In this document: positions 1-14,129 of the stretch, piece by piece
Layout: each line of letters starts with the position of its first letter
Numbering within the stretch: position 1 is the first letter of the stretch
Origin: Haliotis rufescens
Taxonomy: Eukaryota
NCBI RefSeq assembly: GCF_023055435.1
Contig: NW_025963796.1
Coordinates: forward strand, 62,001-126,000
Length of the DNA: 64,000 nt
Reading direction: 5' to 3'
Program-made: the position numbers and the translations under genes
Notes under the pieces: model-generated
Databases searched by the model: none
What the model was told of the DNA's origin: nothing
What the model saw: the letters and a program-made list of their open reading frames with translations, nothing else

Positions 1-55
1 ATCTGACATTCATAAACAGGACAAAGATGGCTTCACAGCTCTAGGAAATGTAAAG
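1..55 (+). CDS. Ankyrin-repeat protein, internal exon (runs off window start): SDIHKQDKDGFTALGNVK
   Basis: Ankyrin-like D-x-x-G-x-T-A-L motif; donor AAG|GTATGT at 56, phase 0, matching the next exon. Confidence 0.75.
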
Positions 56-466
56 GTATGTTTCAAATGTCCTTCAAGGCTGTTAATCGTTAGATCTGTT
101 GGCAACATTCTGTTTAAATAGATTGCGTGTTAACATCCATGCTTATCAAACATGATGAAATCTATTTCAGCACACACACACACATTGAAGAAGAATTCAC
201 AGTAACCATAGAGTCATACAATTTCGATTCGATCGCAGATAAAAGCGTCATTCAGACGTAATTCAGGGTGGTTACATTGGCAATGACGTTGTGCAGCAGG
301 GGTGCATGATATGGGGCTATACTATTGTATGAAAATGTAAATTAATTGGTAACTCTTAAACGTCTGATAAAATGAAGCTACCATACTTGTATGTATAACA
401 TCATTTATTTAACAAATCACAGTGATGAAGAATGACAAGAAATGACTGGTGTGTTTATTGATGCAG

Positions 467-1372
467 GTTTTACTGGATTCTGTCAACAGTGCAATGGAAG
501 GAATTCAAACAATATGTGATGAGGTTTCAGCGCTGATACAAAACAACAGTGTAGTTCATGATCTGCTCAAAGAAAGTGATATTGCAGAGACTGATATATT
601 TGGAAGAACAGCTCTTCATTACCTGTGTCTGAGTGAGCACCCTCACCAGGCTGATTTCCAACTGGTACCATGCAATACTGACGTCAACAAAGCTGACAAG
701 TGGGGTAGTACAGCCCTTCACAATCTGTGTAGGAGATATGACATTCAGCGGTTACCTAATTTGATACAATTACTTCAGATTCTGTTGGAATCAGGAGCTG
801 ACATAAACACGAAAGATGAGTATGGATACAGTTCTCTGTATTACTTACGTGAAATCATGAACGTCGAACTCCTAGGCATACTGATGTCACACTGCACACA
901 GCTAAACGAAGACAACGGGGATGGCCTCACTCTCCTGCACTATCTCTGTGCGACAGGATCAAGAGAATGCCTAGAGATGCTCCTTGATTATGTCGATGAT
1001 TTGGACAAAGAAGTGAGCCAGAATGTCACAAGCACAAGCGGTAATTGTGTTTTCGTTCAGGGTTTGACGGTCCTCCCGATTGCATGCATGACAAAAGGTG
1101 TTGACAAAGGTCTTATTGAGATGATTTTGCACAAAGGAGCTGATGTTAACACTGCTGACGTCCTAGGGAAAACGCCATTGCATTACATTTGTGAACGATC
1201 ATTGGTGTTCAGGTGGAACAGAGCTTGGTCCAAGAAGGCTTTGACATGGCTAAGTACAAACAACGTCACCGTGTACTGCTTCTTGTTGGATCGGGTAGCA
1301 GAAGCACAGAAAAAAGACAACCGCCATCGTCCCCCAAATGCATCCATTTTACAAAATCGATGTCAATTTCAG
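467..1372 (+). CDS. Ankyrin-repeat protein, large exon with about 6 ankyrin repeats
   Basis: Acceptor tgcag at 462-466; motifs GRTALHYLC, DVNKADKWGSTALH, GADINTKDEYG, GLTLLHYLC, GADVNTADVLGKTPLHY; putative donor CAG|GTTTGT at 1373 (3' end less certain). Confidence 0.85.
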
Positions 1373-1396
1373 GTTTGTTAATATTTGAAATATAAT

Positions 1397-1641
1397 CGTT
1401 TCTTTCTTTTTTATTTAACGCCGCACTCAGCAATATTCCAGCTATATGACGGCGGTCCGAAAATAAACGAATCTGGTCCAGACAATCCAGTACGTGACAC
1501 CATGAGCATCCATCCACGCAATTGGGATACGATAACATGCACCAACCAAGTCAGTAAACCTGACACCCGATCCCGTCAGTCGCCTCTGACGACAAGCATT
1601 GGTTGCTGAATCCCAATTCTAACCCGGATTCTTCAGGAGTC
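1397..1641 (-). mobile_element. SINE family C (5' end gacccgtgaagatcc..., tail ...gctggaatattgctgagtgcggcgttaaac)
   Basis: Multi-copy in the window; flanking direct repeat atttgaaatataa. Confidence 0.85.
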
Positions 1642-1863
1642 ATTTGAAATATAAAGTCGTAATGAGATGCTTTGTTACAATAACGAAAATCGTAAATTTA
1701 CTGAATTCTTAGAACAATTTAATATGCACAGTAGTTTTGTTTTGCATATTTCCAGGATGGTGTGTTTTTACTGAAGTTAAACAATTTACTCGCTTTCATT
1801 ATCACTGATTGGTCGGTTGATATACATGTTACCATGATGTATTAATGTTCAAATTGAATACAG

Positions 1864-1932
1864 GAGAATCAATTTCAGACTACCCTCTATTTCAACACAG
1901 TTTATGTAATTTTATTCAAACAATGTCACCAG
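1864..1932 (+). CDS. Possible small exon of the ankyrin gene (ENQFQTTLYFNTVYVILFKQCHQ)
   Basis: tacag| ... CAG|GTAACG, open in phase 0-0; no homology support. Confidence 0.3.
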
Positions 1933-2114
1933 GTAACGGTCAAAATATCGACCATTTTGGATTTCGGAAAATGAGTCGGTCCTATCTACCCATTCGCTCA
2001 AATGAATATACAAAACTGATTTTTTTTTAAATAACACATGCCGCTTCTCATTCATAGCTCGAAGAACAGAAAATACAATTTAATATTTTTCCCCATTGGT
2101 GCATTTCTTCCCAG

Positions 2115-2279
2115 CAGGATGAAGAGGAGGCACTGACATTATCTGAGAATGACGCAAAGGAATATGACTTCCTTCTTGATGAAGAGGAACTTACATACCT
2201 GACAATGCTGCTCAAAGAAAGAGCAGAAGAAAGGATTTCTGAACCCAAATTTATTTGGGGTGACGTGGATACATTCTAA
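2115..2279 (+). CDS. Probable terminal exon of the ankyrin gene (acidic tail QDEEEALTL...WGDVDTF*)
   Basis: Pyrimidine tract plus tandem CAGCAG acceptor (2112-2117); open purine-rich frame to TAA at 2277-2279. Confidence 0.55.
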   Translation, partial: QDEEEALTLSENDAKEYDFLLDEEELTYLTMLLKERAEERISEPKFIWGDVDTF

Positions 2280-2318
2280 GATGAACAAATCTGATGAAAA
2301 GTGGAGGCAAAATATGTA

Positions 2319-2419
2319 CAGTAAACTACGGTTATAACAAACTCAAAGGGATTACCAATTTTAGTTCGTTATAACCGTCAGTTCGTTATAAGCGTGTTCG
2401 TTATAACCGTAGTTTACTG
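2319..2419. mobile_element. About 100-bp MITE, Tc1/mariner-pogo type
   Basis: TIR cagtaaactacggttataac / gttataaccgtagtttactg; TA on both flanks. Confidence 0.8.
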
Positions 2420-2691
2420 TAATGTTGCAAACAACGCCGCCATGTACTGCTTGCTTTAGAAACTGCGAAACTCCATTTGCTAAATGTATAGTATAGAGTA
2501 TACCATTTGGTGTATAAACAAAAATGTAAATTCATTTTTGGGCATTGTACAGAAATATCTAAATCTGAGTACAGACAATGTCTTTGAAACACCTTTTTTC
2601 TAGACATGTATAAGTTGTACTTTTATCTGGTTTGATTTTAGAAACCCTACAATGATGAAGTTGGTGTCTTGAAACAATTTCTTGTAAATAT

Positions 2692-2926
2692 GGGGGGCGA
2701 TTCGTTGTGCAGAGTTGCGTCCCTTTGGCACGACAGAAACCTATGATTGTGGGTTCGAATCCCGGTTCGACCCGATTATGTTTCTAGGTTTGTCAGCACC
2801 ATACCCGGGCGAGTGGGTTTCACAGAAGTTGTAAACGTCTGAGACCTGCATCAAGCTGACACGCCGCGATACTGGAATACTGTTAAAAGCGGCGTTAAAC
2901 CCAACTCGTTCACTCGTTCACTCACT
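2692..2926 (+). mobile_element. SINE family D (tRNA-like head, V-domain-like core), internally deleted
   Basis: B-box gggttcgaatccc; matches copies at 9896, 46372, 52944 and 60891. Confidence 0.8.
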
Positions 2927-3104
2927 CAAGAGGTATTTCCAAGAGATGAATACATGTGAGTTCGGCACGCATGAACACAAAGAACCTAAACCGTTTACTA
3001 GGTGTATATTATGCCTAATGTTTGTTTTATAACGCAGTGGACATTTTGTAGTCCATGTTGTGTCACAATTTGTCTTCAACTTTATACATTGTAGCGTCTC
3101 ATTA

Positions 3105-3321
3105 AATACCATGCCGCAGTTTAACATGAATACCCCACTCAGACACAATATACTGACTCCGAGCCGACCAGTCCTTGTTTTAGCCCCTTAATGCCGAGCG
3201 CCAGACAGGGTAGCAACAAGTACCATCTTTTAACGTCTTTTGGTATGACGCGGTCGGGGATCGAACCCCGGACATTCCGCTCTCCGGGCGGACGCTCTAC
3301 CACTAGACCCCGGAGGCGGTC
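3105..3321 (-). mobile_element. SINE family B, 5' part
   Basis: Reverse complement of copies at 16849 and 57823. Confidence 0.85.
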
Positions 3322-3714
3322 GTAGTGAGAAAGGTCGTCCCGACATACCTGACATGATGAACCAGTTAGTGATGAGAACATGATTGACAAGTGATAGGTT
3401 TTATCTCCTAGGAGTTTTGATATGCTTAATTATGTTATACAAATTGATTCACTACAATGTATTTTTATGGGGTCATTCCTGTGTAAGATCGTATAATATC
3501 TTCACGGATATTCAGAACAACCAATGCTGTACACACGTTACTGACATTATTTTATATACATTATATACTGACATAGTTATGATTTAATGTATGTTGAACA
3601 CAATATATTTCATTATGTACATAGTTCACATAAACGCTATGGTGTTACAACTATAAATATAACAAAACATGTCCATTCAAAATCTATTTAGAGAGAGATT
3701 TGACATATAGTTGT

Positions 3715-3859
3715 TGAGTGAGTGAGTGAGTATGGTTTTACGACGCTTTTAGCAATATTCCAGCAATATCACGTCGGGGGACACCAGAAATGGGCTTCGA
3801 ACCCGGGTCTTCGGCGTGACGAGCGAACGCTTTAACCGCTAGGCTACCCGACCGCCCCC
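3715..3859 (-). mobile_element. SINE family A (tRNA-derived, about 165 bp)
   Basis: A/B boxes; flanking direct repeat catatagttgttga. Confidence 0.85.
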
Positions 3860-4808
3860 ATATAGTTGTTGACCAAGTGTAGAACATATTAAACTGAAAA
3901 CACAAAAACATATCCATGTTGACAACAACAAAAAACACAAAACCGCTGTGTTGCGATATTTCAATGAATGGGTTTGTTTGTACATAAGTGTGTGTAAATA
4001 GACCTCAAATGATTGTAGTATGTTCTAAACTAGCACATTTCCTTCATTTGTTGGGTTTATATGTTTGTGTATCAGTTGGTGTAAAAAGACTTGGGTTGTA
4101 TACACCCCACCGAGCTGGGAATGAAAATTCTCACTGATCCATTGACCGGGGTAATAATAGTGTAGCGCTATGAGCAACCACTTGGTCAATGGAATCTGGC
4201 GCATTATAAATGCACTTATTATTATCATTATAATTATTATCATTACTAAAAGTTTGTAGCACGTTCCGAATGATCATGTGTCCCTCATCATCGGTTACTG
4301 ATTTGTAGATTATTTAATTTTTTTCAATTTAACTCGCACATATTGTAGTTTCTTAGAAACGAAATAATGATAGAACAATATATGTCAAGGTTCCCTGGAG
4401 GGATGAAGAAGTTTACATGATACTATTTGTAATGTTTAACATTGTCTTGATTTCTGTATTCGTCTTCCATGTATTGCATATTGTCATAATGCATTAGTGT
4501 GTTTTACATTTGTACATAATTTATATATTGTTCTTGTTCTATTTCAAGCTGTATATCAATAGGTGAAATATTTGTTGTGGGCTTAATGTGTGACGTATTT
4601 ATTTAGTAGTCTTTTCAGCTGACAGTTACATATACCCAATTACTAACAACTGGAACATGTGTGGATGTGAATATCAATGCTAAAATTTGACATTTTAGTA
4701 GTCGAGTTCATAAACAAGTGAGCTACCGTGCTTTAACACTTTTTATCAAAGACTTTCAAATAGATACATGCTGAAACAACATGATTATATTTGGACATGT
4801 TAAAAGTA

Positions 4809-5153
4809 CCGTATTCGACGTAATAAGCACCCCGCTCTAATAAGCGCCCACGGCTATATTTATTAATATATTGGCTTGTGAACAATCTGAATTAGCACCC
4901 CTCCCGATTGATCAATGTACACAAGACTTATTTATTCGTGTAAAATACGCACTCGTGTGTTTTATGCACCCTTAAATATCGGTAATTAAATTCTGGAAAA
5001 ATATATTTGTCGCATATGAACATTTCAGGCTGTCAGCATAAACCACGAAATTTATCTTTCAACTCTGTTTTTGTTCATCAAAATACTATTCTAATAAGAG
5101 ACCCCTATTTCTAATTTTGAGAGCGCCGTGGGCGCTTATTACGTCGAATACGG
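4809..5153. mobile_element. MITE, Tc1/mariner-pogo type; partial second copy at about 58511-58690
   Basis: TIR ccgtattcgacgtaataagc / gcttattacgtcgaatacgg; TA TSD. Confidence 0.85.
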
Positions 5154-5819
5154 TATTCCAGATTAGATTAAAAATGTTTGATATCAGACCTAAAGTATAT
5201 ACAATGTTACAATGAACATGTTTACGTGTGGTCGATTGAAAAAGGTTTATTCAGATCATCCCATCTACGCTTGTCCAAACTATGCGTTACGCACATCCAA
5301 GCATGCTCTTTGACCATTCAGTAGCGGTCATTGTTACTTAGTATCATATATTGTTTGAAAACCTTTAAAATATGAAAAAAAGATGTTGTGCTAAAACATA
5401 AATAGCGTGACACATTGAGTATAGCCTACATAGTATAAAAAGAAAACTACAATTGCAATTCATTCCTGATGTAGAACATATAATATCTACACGGATATTA
5501 CAAAACACCAAATGCTATACAAACATTACTGACATGTTATATTTCTCATGCTATGATATACTGCTTGTGTATTGGACGTTTTATCATAAAACACAATATG
5601 TGTCATTATGTAAATAGTTAATTAATGTTGCAACTAAAAATATGAAAACATTTCCAAACGCCAATTTGAATAGACATTATGAAAGACCGTGGTAATCTTT
5701 TAAAGTTTTTATCATTAAGTTGTTGATCAACATCAAACGGCAAATACAAAAATCTATTCATGTTGACAAAAACCGTTGTGTTGATATATTACAATGGGAC
5801 GGCATCTCTTAATATATGT

Positions 5820-6054
5820 GACCCGTGAACATCTGGGGTAGAATAGTAAAATGGTAAAAAGCGACCATGCTTGTCTTAAGAGGCGACTAACGGGATCGGG
5901 TGGTCAGACTCGCTGACATAGTTAATGCATGTCATCGATCCCAATTGATGTCAATTACTGGATTGTCTGGTCCAGACTCGATTATTTACAGACCGCCGTC
6001 ATATAGCTGGAATATTGCTGAGCGGGGCGTTAAACAAACAAACAAACAAACAAA
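5820..6054 (+). mobile_element. SINE family C
   Basis: Family consensus with (AAAC)n tail. Confidence 0.85.
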
Positions 6055-6211
6055 TTTGAATATATCTTAAGTTGATATGTTTGTGCATATGAGTGTGTAT
6101 AAATAGACCTACAATGATTGTAGCATGTTCAAAACCAACAGATTTCCCTCATTTTCTATTTTTTCTCGCATTTATCGTAGTTTCCTAGAAACGAAATATT
6201 GACAGAACTAT

Positions 6212-7220
6212 AGTTATCATAGTTTCTCGGCAGGATAAAGCCAACGGATAAAAACGACATCCGTTTGGGTCATATGCGGAAAGAGATGCAAATATCAAAG
6301 GTCAAGTAGGGACTACTTTCAGTGTTTATAAACAAACATGGCGTCGCCCTTGTCATTCGGCGCTCGAGTCAGAACTAACCATCGTGAACCTGGATAAACT
6401 ACAGAGATAATTGCTATCATTATCAAAAGAACAGTCTAATATACTGAAAATCAGTGTCTAATTGTGACGTAGCTAAGGCATTTTATAAGTTTTGGCAACT
6501 TTGGAGATATAAATTTCGAAACAATTTTGCGAGGGCACTAGGCCTAGCCAAGCGGGATCAGTAGCCACATCTGTGCTTGTAGACCTCTGCGGCTTGAAAC
6601 CTTTTCCACAAATTAAAATAGTTGGATTTGGCCGAAATATGTTTGAATTGTTACCTTGTTTCGTTTTGTCGCTGTGTGTACATCTGATTGCACTTCTTAA
6701 CGTTATGACAGAACAGGCCGACTGTCAACACCGCCTGAACGTTGCCGTGACGTCTCATAGACTCGGATTAGAGTAGCTTCCCTTTGACAAAGGGCAGCTA
6801 CTCTAGCTGACAGACCGATGGATTGCCGCGAAATGCAAGTAAAAATAACTTGTTGTTTTGAGTATATGTTGCTTCGCCACTGTATAAGAAACAGATTTCA
6901 GTTGGAACTATATTCGATACCGCCACTGTCCGACTGACACATCACTTACCCTGTGACGTAATAAATATCAATGCGCGAATTCCAGGAAAACTCGCAATGT
7001 TTAGGTTTGTGAGAGAGGGAAAGCGATTTTCAAGCACAGAATTAAAGAATGACATTATATGATAAAGAGGTTATCACGCTTGTGTGTTTGGGGATGGTAA
7101 ATATCCTGTATTAGGAATAAACACTATGTATTTAGCTCGCCAAGGCTCGCTAAATACAATGTTTATTCCTAATGCAGGATATTTACAATCCCCAAACACA
7201 CAAGCGTGATAACCCCTATA
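6212..7220 (+). mobile_element. About 1-kb non-autonomous DNA element ending in a ~150-bp palindrome
   Basis: Inverted copies at 37728-38590 and about 28785-29620; hairpin at 7067-7217; absent from the paralogous site near 4380. Confidence 0.75.
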
Positions 7221-8491
7221 CATGTATATCAAGGTGATAGGTTATAATGTCTGACAATTGGAATGAGCCCTGCCAATTGGAGGAATGAAGAAGTTTACAT
7301 TATACTATTTTCAATTATCAACATTGTTTTCATTTCTGTAGTCGTCTTCCATGTAATTGCATATTGTCATAATGCACGTGTGTCTTTTAAATGTGTACAC
7401 AATTTATATATTGTTCTTGTTCTATTTGTATCTGTATCTTTCAAAAGGTGAAATAACTTTTGAGGGCATAATCTTTGAGGTATTTATGTAGTAGTAGCTT
7501 ACAGTTACATATACTCAATCAATAACAACACTGGAACGTGTAGAGGTGTACACATGTATGTTTAGAGGGGCACTTGTGGCTAAGTCGTCTGAGGTGCGTG
7601 TTAAAAAAAATGATAGTGGGTCCAGTTGTCCCCGATTTGGTTTCTGGGTTTGTCAGAATTATACCCGTGAAAACATATAAGACTAAAAGGTCTTAAATTG
7701 AATTATGCAAGTAAAATAAAAAATATAATTTGACTGACATACTTTCATTATTACCATTATAATGTATATTCGAATGGAATTCGAAATGAAGGGATATGTG
7801 TGTTTTATAGGTTAGGCTTTGATATATTTATTTCAAATACTAAATTATAATCATTAATTTAATGTATTGGTTTGGGTTCATGGTTATTTGATTAACTATT
7901 GAGTGATTTGTGACACTATATTTTTTTATGTTTATAATAGAAGTTTCACATATATTCTGTTTCACATTAACGCATGTATTTCATTGGCTTTGAAAACATT
8001 GTTGGGTATGTCTGTTTAATTTAAGCTGTTTTACAAATGCTGCTGGTTATTGCCATTTCAATGGTTAACAATGGTATACAATGTTTAAACAAATATAATT
8101 AAAATTAAAATTAAAATTAACATGACCGCAAGTTCCTAGGAGTTGTGCATACCTTGTGTAGAGATAATATACTTGTTGTTTGATTTTTATAATCAAGACA
8201 TGAACTGCTGGAGATCTGCTATGAATCTACATGTCAAAATTGTCAGGTTTAAAACATGTACGAAGATCAACTGCGTACCTACCAACTGAAATAACAATGA
8301 TCCAATATATCTGGAGGGCCAAACAACATAGAAACGTCTTCACGTAGTTTTAAGCCTTGTTAATAATTAATAAAAACTTATTAATTTATACAAAAATATG
8401 CATTCATAAACATGTAATGTATGTCTACTTAAACTGCATATCTCAAAATCAGGTTTGTTGGGCTCTAGACATGTGTTCACAAATTATGACA

Positions 8492-8912
8492 TATAGAGAA
8501 TCTCACCCTCGTGTCTTTTGATATCAAATATATCAACACGAGTTGATAAAAGTGGAAAAATTCCGAGGCTTGCCGAGGATTTTTGCCACTTTTATCAACA
8601 AGTGTTGATATATTTGGTATCAAAAGACACGAGGGTGAGATTTTATTTATCATCCAACATCATTCTTTCAACTTTTTCAATTTGTAGACAGTAATTTGCA
8701 GCGTCTTCAGTGCCAAAAGTACTGAAAACAGCTTCAGTAACAGAGCCATTAGTGATGTCATTTGATTGTGACGTCATGGTAACAAGTGATGTCACAATGG
8801 TCTGCAAACCATTGTGATGTAATTTCATTGCAGCGATATCTACAGTATAGATATCGCTTGATCTCATCCAAGCGATATCTCCTGTAGGAGCCAGTTTTGG
8901 ATGATAAAATAC
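8492..8912. mobile_element. Non-autonomous DNA element with ~145-bp terminal palindrome
   Basis: Arms at about 8499-8563 and 8578-8642 around cgaggcttgccgag; inner IR ttatcatcc...ggatgataa. Confidence 0.65.
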
Positions 8913-9709
8913 TGTATGGCTTTGGGTGCTTTTGTCGAAAGGGACATAGTCCGTCGATTTATTTCTGTGTATCAAGTTTGACTGTAGGCACATTTCTTTT
9001 AGAACATATATGTAAGTATTTGACCTGATAAATAACATTGATTTTGTAAACCTTTCCCAAACTGTGTTATGAACAAAGTATTATTTTGGCATTAGTTACT
9101 ATGAGATGAAATAATGCTTTAAGCTATATCAATGATTAAAATGTAAGAGATGCCAAATGGTTATACATTCATGTCAATTCTTGTCATTGGCACCCTTTAT
9201 GCATAGCCTGCATTGTGTTGATGTGTCTATTTCAGGAGGACATTCATGCCTCATGTTAAAAGGATATCAGTGAGTGGGTAAACTTTAGTCTGTCCCGTGA
9301 AATGTTAAAATCAATGTCATATTCAAAAGTAACGTTATATTCTTTAACATGGTTCCAGAGGTGAACTATAGTCTGCCCCGTGAAATGTAAATGTTTCATA
9401 GTTCATATGTATTCTGCAGCGAAAGTCGTTTTGTGACCTTAGTTGGTCTGATAAAAATAAATTATCGCAAATATATACAGAAATGTTTATGGCTTAACTA
9501 CGTTAATACTACAAGAGATACTCGTCAATACTGACTTCTTGAACGAAATAAATTATTCTTTATTGTCATGCTTACATTATTACCGTTACAATAAAATATT
9601 TTCCTTAAAATGTTAATGTATTATTTTATTCTTTCTTCAAGAGACATGCAGGGAACGCCAATAATCGCCGATGCAAAATGCTTAGTCACATTACATGCGC
9701 TTATTAGGA

Positions 9710-9869
9710 TTTGGTTGGTTGGTTTGTTGTTTTACGCCGCATTGAGCAATATTCCAGCTATATGACGGCGGTCTGTAAATAATCGAGTCTGGACCAGACA
9801 ATCCAGTGATTGACATCATTAGCATCAATCCACGCATTTGGGATCGATGACATGCATCAACCAAGTCAA
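9710..9869 (-). mobile_element. SINE family C, 3' part
   Basis: Family consensus. Confidence 0.8.
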
Positions 9870-9895
9870 CGCGTGTCACGCGTTACAATGTTACA

Positions 9896-10172
9896 GGGGG
9901 GCACGGCTGGCCCAGTCGTCTAAGGCGCCGCGATTCGCTGTGCAAAGTTGCGTCCCTTGGGCACGCCAGAAACCTATGATTGTGGGTTCGAATCCCGGTT
10001 CGCCCCGATTATGTTTCTAGGTATGTCAGCACCACACCCGTGCTCGTGGGTTTCACCGAAGTGGTAAACGTCTGAGACCTGCTTCACTTCGGGCTTTCCT
10101 TCCACATTAAGCTGACACGCCGTGATATAACTGGAATACTGTTAAAAGCGGCGTTAATCCCAACTCACTCAC
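9896..10172 (+). mobile_element. SINE family D, full length
   Basis: tRNA-like head with B box; TSD tacaatgttaca. Confidence 0.9.
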
Positions 10173-10763
10173 TAACTACAATGTTACAGATCAATTTTAT
10201 ACAAACTCAATACATAAGTAAAATATGTAACGCCCAGCCATAAGGCTTATGAGACACGATGAAAACATATAAAACATATTATTAATAAACAAGCTATAAC
10301 AATTTCAGCACTATATAAGTATTGTTAAAAACAATTCATATAAAAGATAATCGTTTATACATTTCTAAAAGGGTCTTAGATAAACAATGCTGTAAGTCGT
10401 CCGATTTCAATATAAAACATAACTTATGCATATCATCAAGGGTATAAAAACTCATTTGATACATTTGAAGCTTCATAAAATATTTAATATCTTAAACCTT
10501 TATAAATTGGACAACATATAAGAAAGTGGTTTTCATCTTCAGTTGTGCGGATATTTCTCTCTCTCTCTCTCCCTCTCTCATCGGAACAAAGCTAAAACAC
10601 GGCGTAGGTCCTCATATCTAAGCTTAAAAACAGAGTTTTCAACAGTCAAGTCGGATTTAAAAAGCCTGTATGTTCTTAACTTATTACCATTTTGGGTATA
10701 TCATTCCTATAGTCATCCCTCGGCGTATAACTTGACAGGGACAATGGAGCCCTACACGTGCAT

Positions 10764-11103
10764 GTTTGTTTGTTTGTTTGTTGTTTAACGCCGCACTCAG
10801 CAATATTCAAGCCATATGACGGCGGTCTGTAAATAATCGAGTCTGGACCAGACAATCCAGTGATTGACATCGTTATCATCGAACTAAGCAATTGAGATAC
10901 GATGACATGCACCAACCAAGTCATCGAGCCTGACCACCCGATCTCGTTATGGTTTAAACATATTTTCCTTTCAAAAGAAATCTGAATCGGTTAACAAGCA
11001 AAACTTGCTTATGTAAATACCTCTCCTCTCACCCGATCTCGTTAGTCGCCTCTTACGACAAGCATGGGTTGCTGAAGACTTATTCTAACCCGAATCTTCA
11101 CGA
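10764..11103 (-). mobile_element. SINE family C with an internal insertion
   Basis: Family consensus, interrupted at about 10950-11030. Confidence 0.8.
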
Positions 11104-11512
11104 TGTACATGGACATGAATAACAGTAACCAATAAATGCAGCCAGCCATAAAAGTAAAACAATCGTAACTTTTTCATCACGCTCACAACATGTGTAGCGT
11201 TGTACACTTCATTACCTGAATTAATGTTATTCATGTCTATGTATAACGTTCATAAAGTGCACAGTGTGTATTTATTATATATTTATTATACATAATTATC
11301 TATGCATAAAGATTTAGAGCAACAAAAACCTTTCCACGAGACTGTATGACAAGAAGGTCTTCAGTCAACTTTCCTTTTATGTCGAGTAACATATGTTGCA
11401 GTCAGTTCTTATAAATAAAAAGTCGGATACTGTCCAGACAGACATTTTTTCATTAACACAAAAAAACTACAGACAACGAAGTGACATCGGTCATAGGCAT
11501 GATGCAACACAG

Positions 11513-13710
11513 CCTACTTCTACTTCATTGTCATCAAGCACTAATCACGTACTTCTAATGCATTGTCATCAAGCACTTATCGCGTACTTCTACTCTATTG
11601 TCATCAAGCACTTATCACGTACTTCTTCTTCATTGTCATCAAGCACTAATCACGTACTTCTACTTCACTGTCATTAAGCACTAATCACGTACGTCTACTC
11701 TATTGTCATTAAGCACCAATCACGTACTTCTACTTCATTGTCATTAAGCACTTATCATGTACTTCTACTTCATTGTCATCAAGCACTAATCACGTATTTC
11801 TACTTCACTGTCTTTAAGCACTAATCACGTACGTCTACTCTAATGTCATTAAGCACTAATCACGTACTTCTACTTCATTGTCATTAAGCACTAAACACGT
11901 ACTTCTACTTCACTGTCATCAAACATTAATCAAGTACGTCTACTTCATTGTCATCAAGCACTAATCACGTACTTCTACTTCATTGTCACCAAGCACTAAT
12001 CAAGTACTTCTACTGCATTGCCATTAAGCAATAATCACGTACTTTTACTTCGTTGTCATCAAACATTAATCACGTACGTCTACTTCATTGTCATCAAGCA
12101 CTTATCACGCACTTCTACTTCATTGGCATTAAACACTAATCACGTACTTCTACTTCATTGTCATCAAACACTAATCACGTACTTCTACTTCATTGTCATT
12201 AAGCACTAATCACGTACTTCTACTGCATTGTCATTTAGCACTAATTACGTACTTCTATTTCATTGTCATTAAGCTTTGATGACGCACTTCTACTTCATTG
12301 TCATTAAGCACTGGTCACGTACTTCTACTTCATTGTCATAAAGCAGTAATCACGTACTTCTACTTCATTGTCATCAAGCACTGATCACGTACTTCTACGT
12401 CATTGTCATTAAGCACTTATCCCGTACTTCTACTTATTTGTCATCAAGCACTGATCACGTACTTCTACTTCATTGTCATCAAGCACTGATCACGTACTTC
12501 TACGTCATTGTCATTAAGCACTTATCCCTTACTTCTACTTATTTGTCATCAAGCACTGATCACGTACTTCTACTTCATTGTCATCAAGCACTGATCACGT
12601 ACTTCTACTTCATTGTCATCAAGCACTAATCACGTACATCTACTTCATTGTCATTAAGCACTAATCACGTACTTCTACTGCATTGTCATTTAGCACTAAT
12701 TACGTGCTTCTACTTCATTGTCACCAAGCACTAATCACGTACTTCTATTTCATTGTCATTAAGCTTTGATGACGCACTTCCACTTCATTGTCATTAAGCA
12801 CTGGTCACGTACTTCTACTTCATTGTCATAAAGCAGTAATCACGTACTTCTACTTCATTGTCATCAAGCACTGATCACGTACTTCTACGTCATTGTCATT
12901 AAGCACTTATCCCGTACTTCTACTTATTTGTCATCAAGCACTGATCACGTACTTCTACTTCATTGTCATCAAGCACTGATCACGTACTTCTACTTCATTG
13001 TCATCAAGCACTAATCACGTACTTCTACTTCATTGTCATTAAGCACTGATCACGTACTTCTACTTCATTGTCATCAAGCACTGATCACGTACTTCTACTT
13101 CATTGTCATTAAGCACTAATCACGTACTTCTACTTCATTGTCATTAGGCACTAATCACGTACTTCTACTGCATTGTCATTAGGCACTAATCACGTACTTC
13201 TACTTCATTGTCATTAGGCACTAATCACGTACTTCTACTTCATTGTCATTAAGCACTAATCACGTACTTCTACTTCATTGTCATTAAGCACTTATCACGT
13301 ACTTCTACTTCATTGTCATTAGGCACTAATCACGTACTTCTACTGCATTGTCATTAGGCACTAATCACGTACTTCTACTTCATTGTCATTAGGCACTAAT
13401 CACGTACTTCTACTGCATTGTCATTAGGCACTAATCACGTACTTCTACTTCATTGTCATTAGGCACTAATCACGTACTTCTACTTCATTGTCATCAAGCA
13501 CTAATCACGTACTTCTACTTCATTGTCATTAGGCACTAATCACGTACTTCTACTTCATTGTCATTAGGCACTAATCACGTACTTCTACTTCATTGTCATT
13601 AGGCACTAATCACGTACTTCTACTTCATTGTCATTAGGCACTAATCACGTACTTCTACTTCATTTTCACTAAGCACTAACCACGGGACGTACTTCTACTT
13701 CATTATCATT
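11513..13710. repeat. 35-bp minisatellite, about 63 copies (cacgtacttctacttcattgtcatyaagcactaat)
   Basis: Direct periodicity. Confidence 0.95.
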
Positions 13711-14129
13711 GGTACGTATTATTATAGCATTGTGGTTAAGACGTTCCCGTGTGACATACTTCTATTAAATTAGATTAATGTTTGACCGAATTAGTACCTT
13801 CTGAATATCATTGGAAACCGAACGCGTAGAGATTTAATTCGGGCTAACATTAGTATTATGATCAACAAAAGCAGGTTTATCTTCATTCCACCTGACCAAT
13901 GTAAAATCGAACAGACTTTCGTGCCGTGGAAGATTCGTCTGTGAAAGTTTCTTTGGTAAACGTTTTCTCATCTTCGTAACGTAACAATTTTTCGCCTGAA
14001 GAACACAAACAATTATTTTTAAAATGCAACATCTCATAAGATGTAAATAAGCAACAACTTGCTTATAAAATAAACAGAAACCAGCTGAACTGTTCTGTTC
14101 TGCTGTATTGCAGTGCCCTCCGGCAACAC

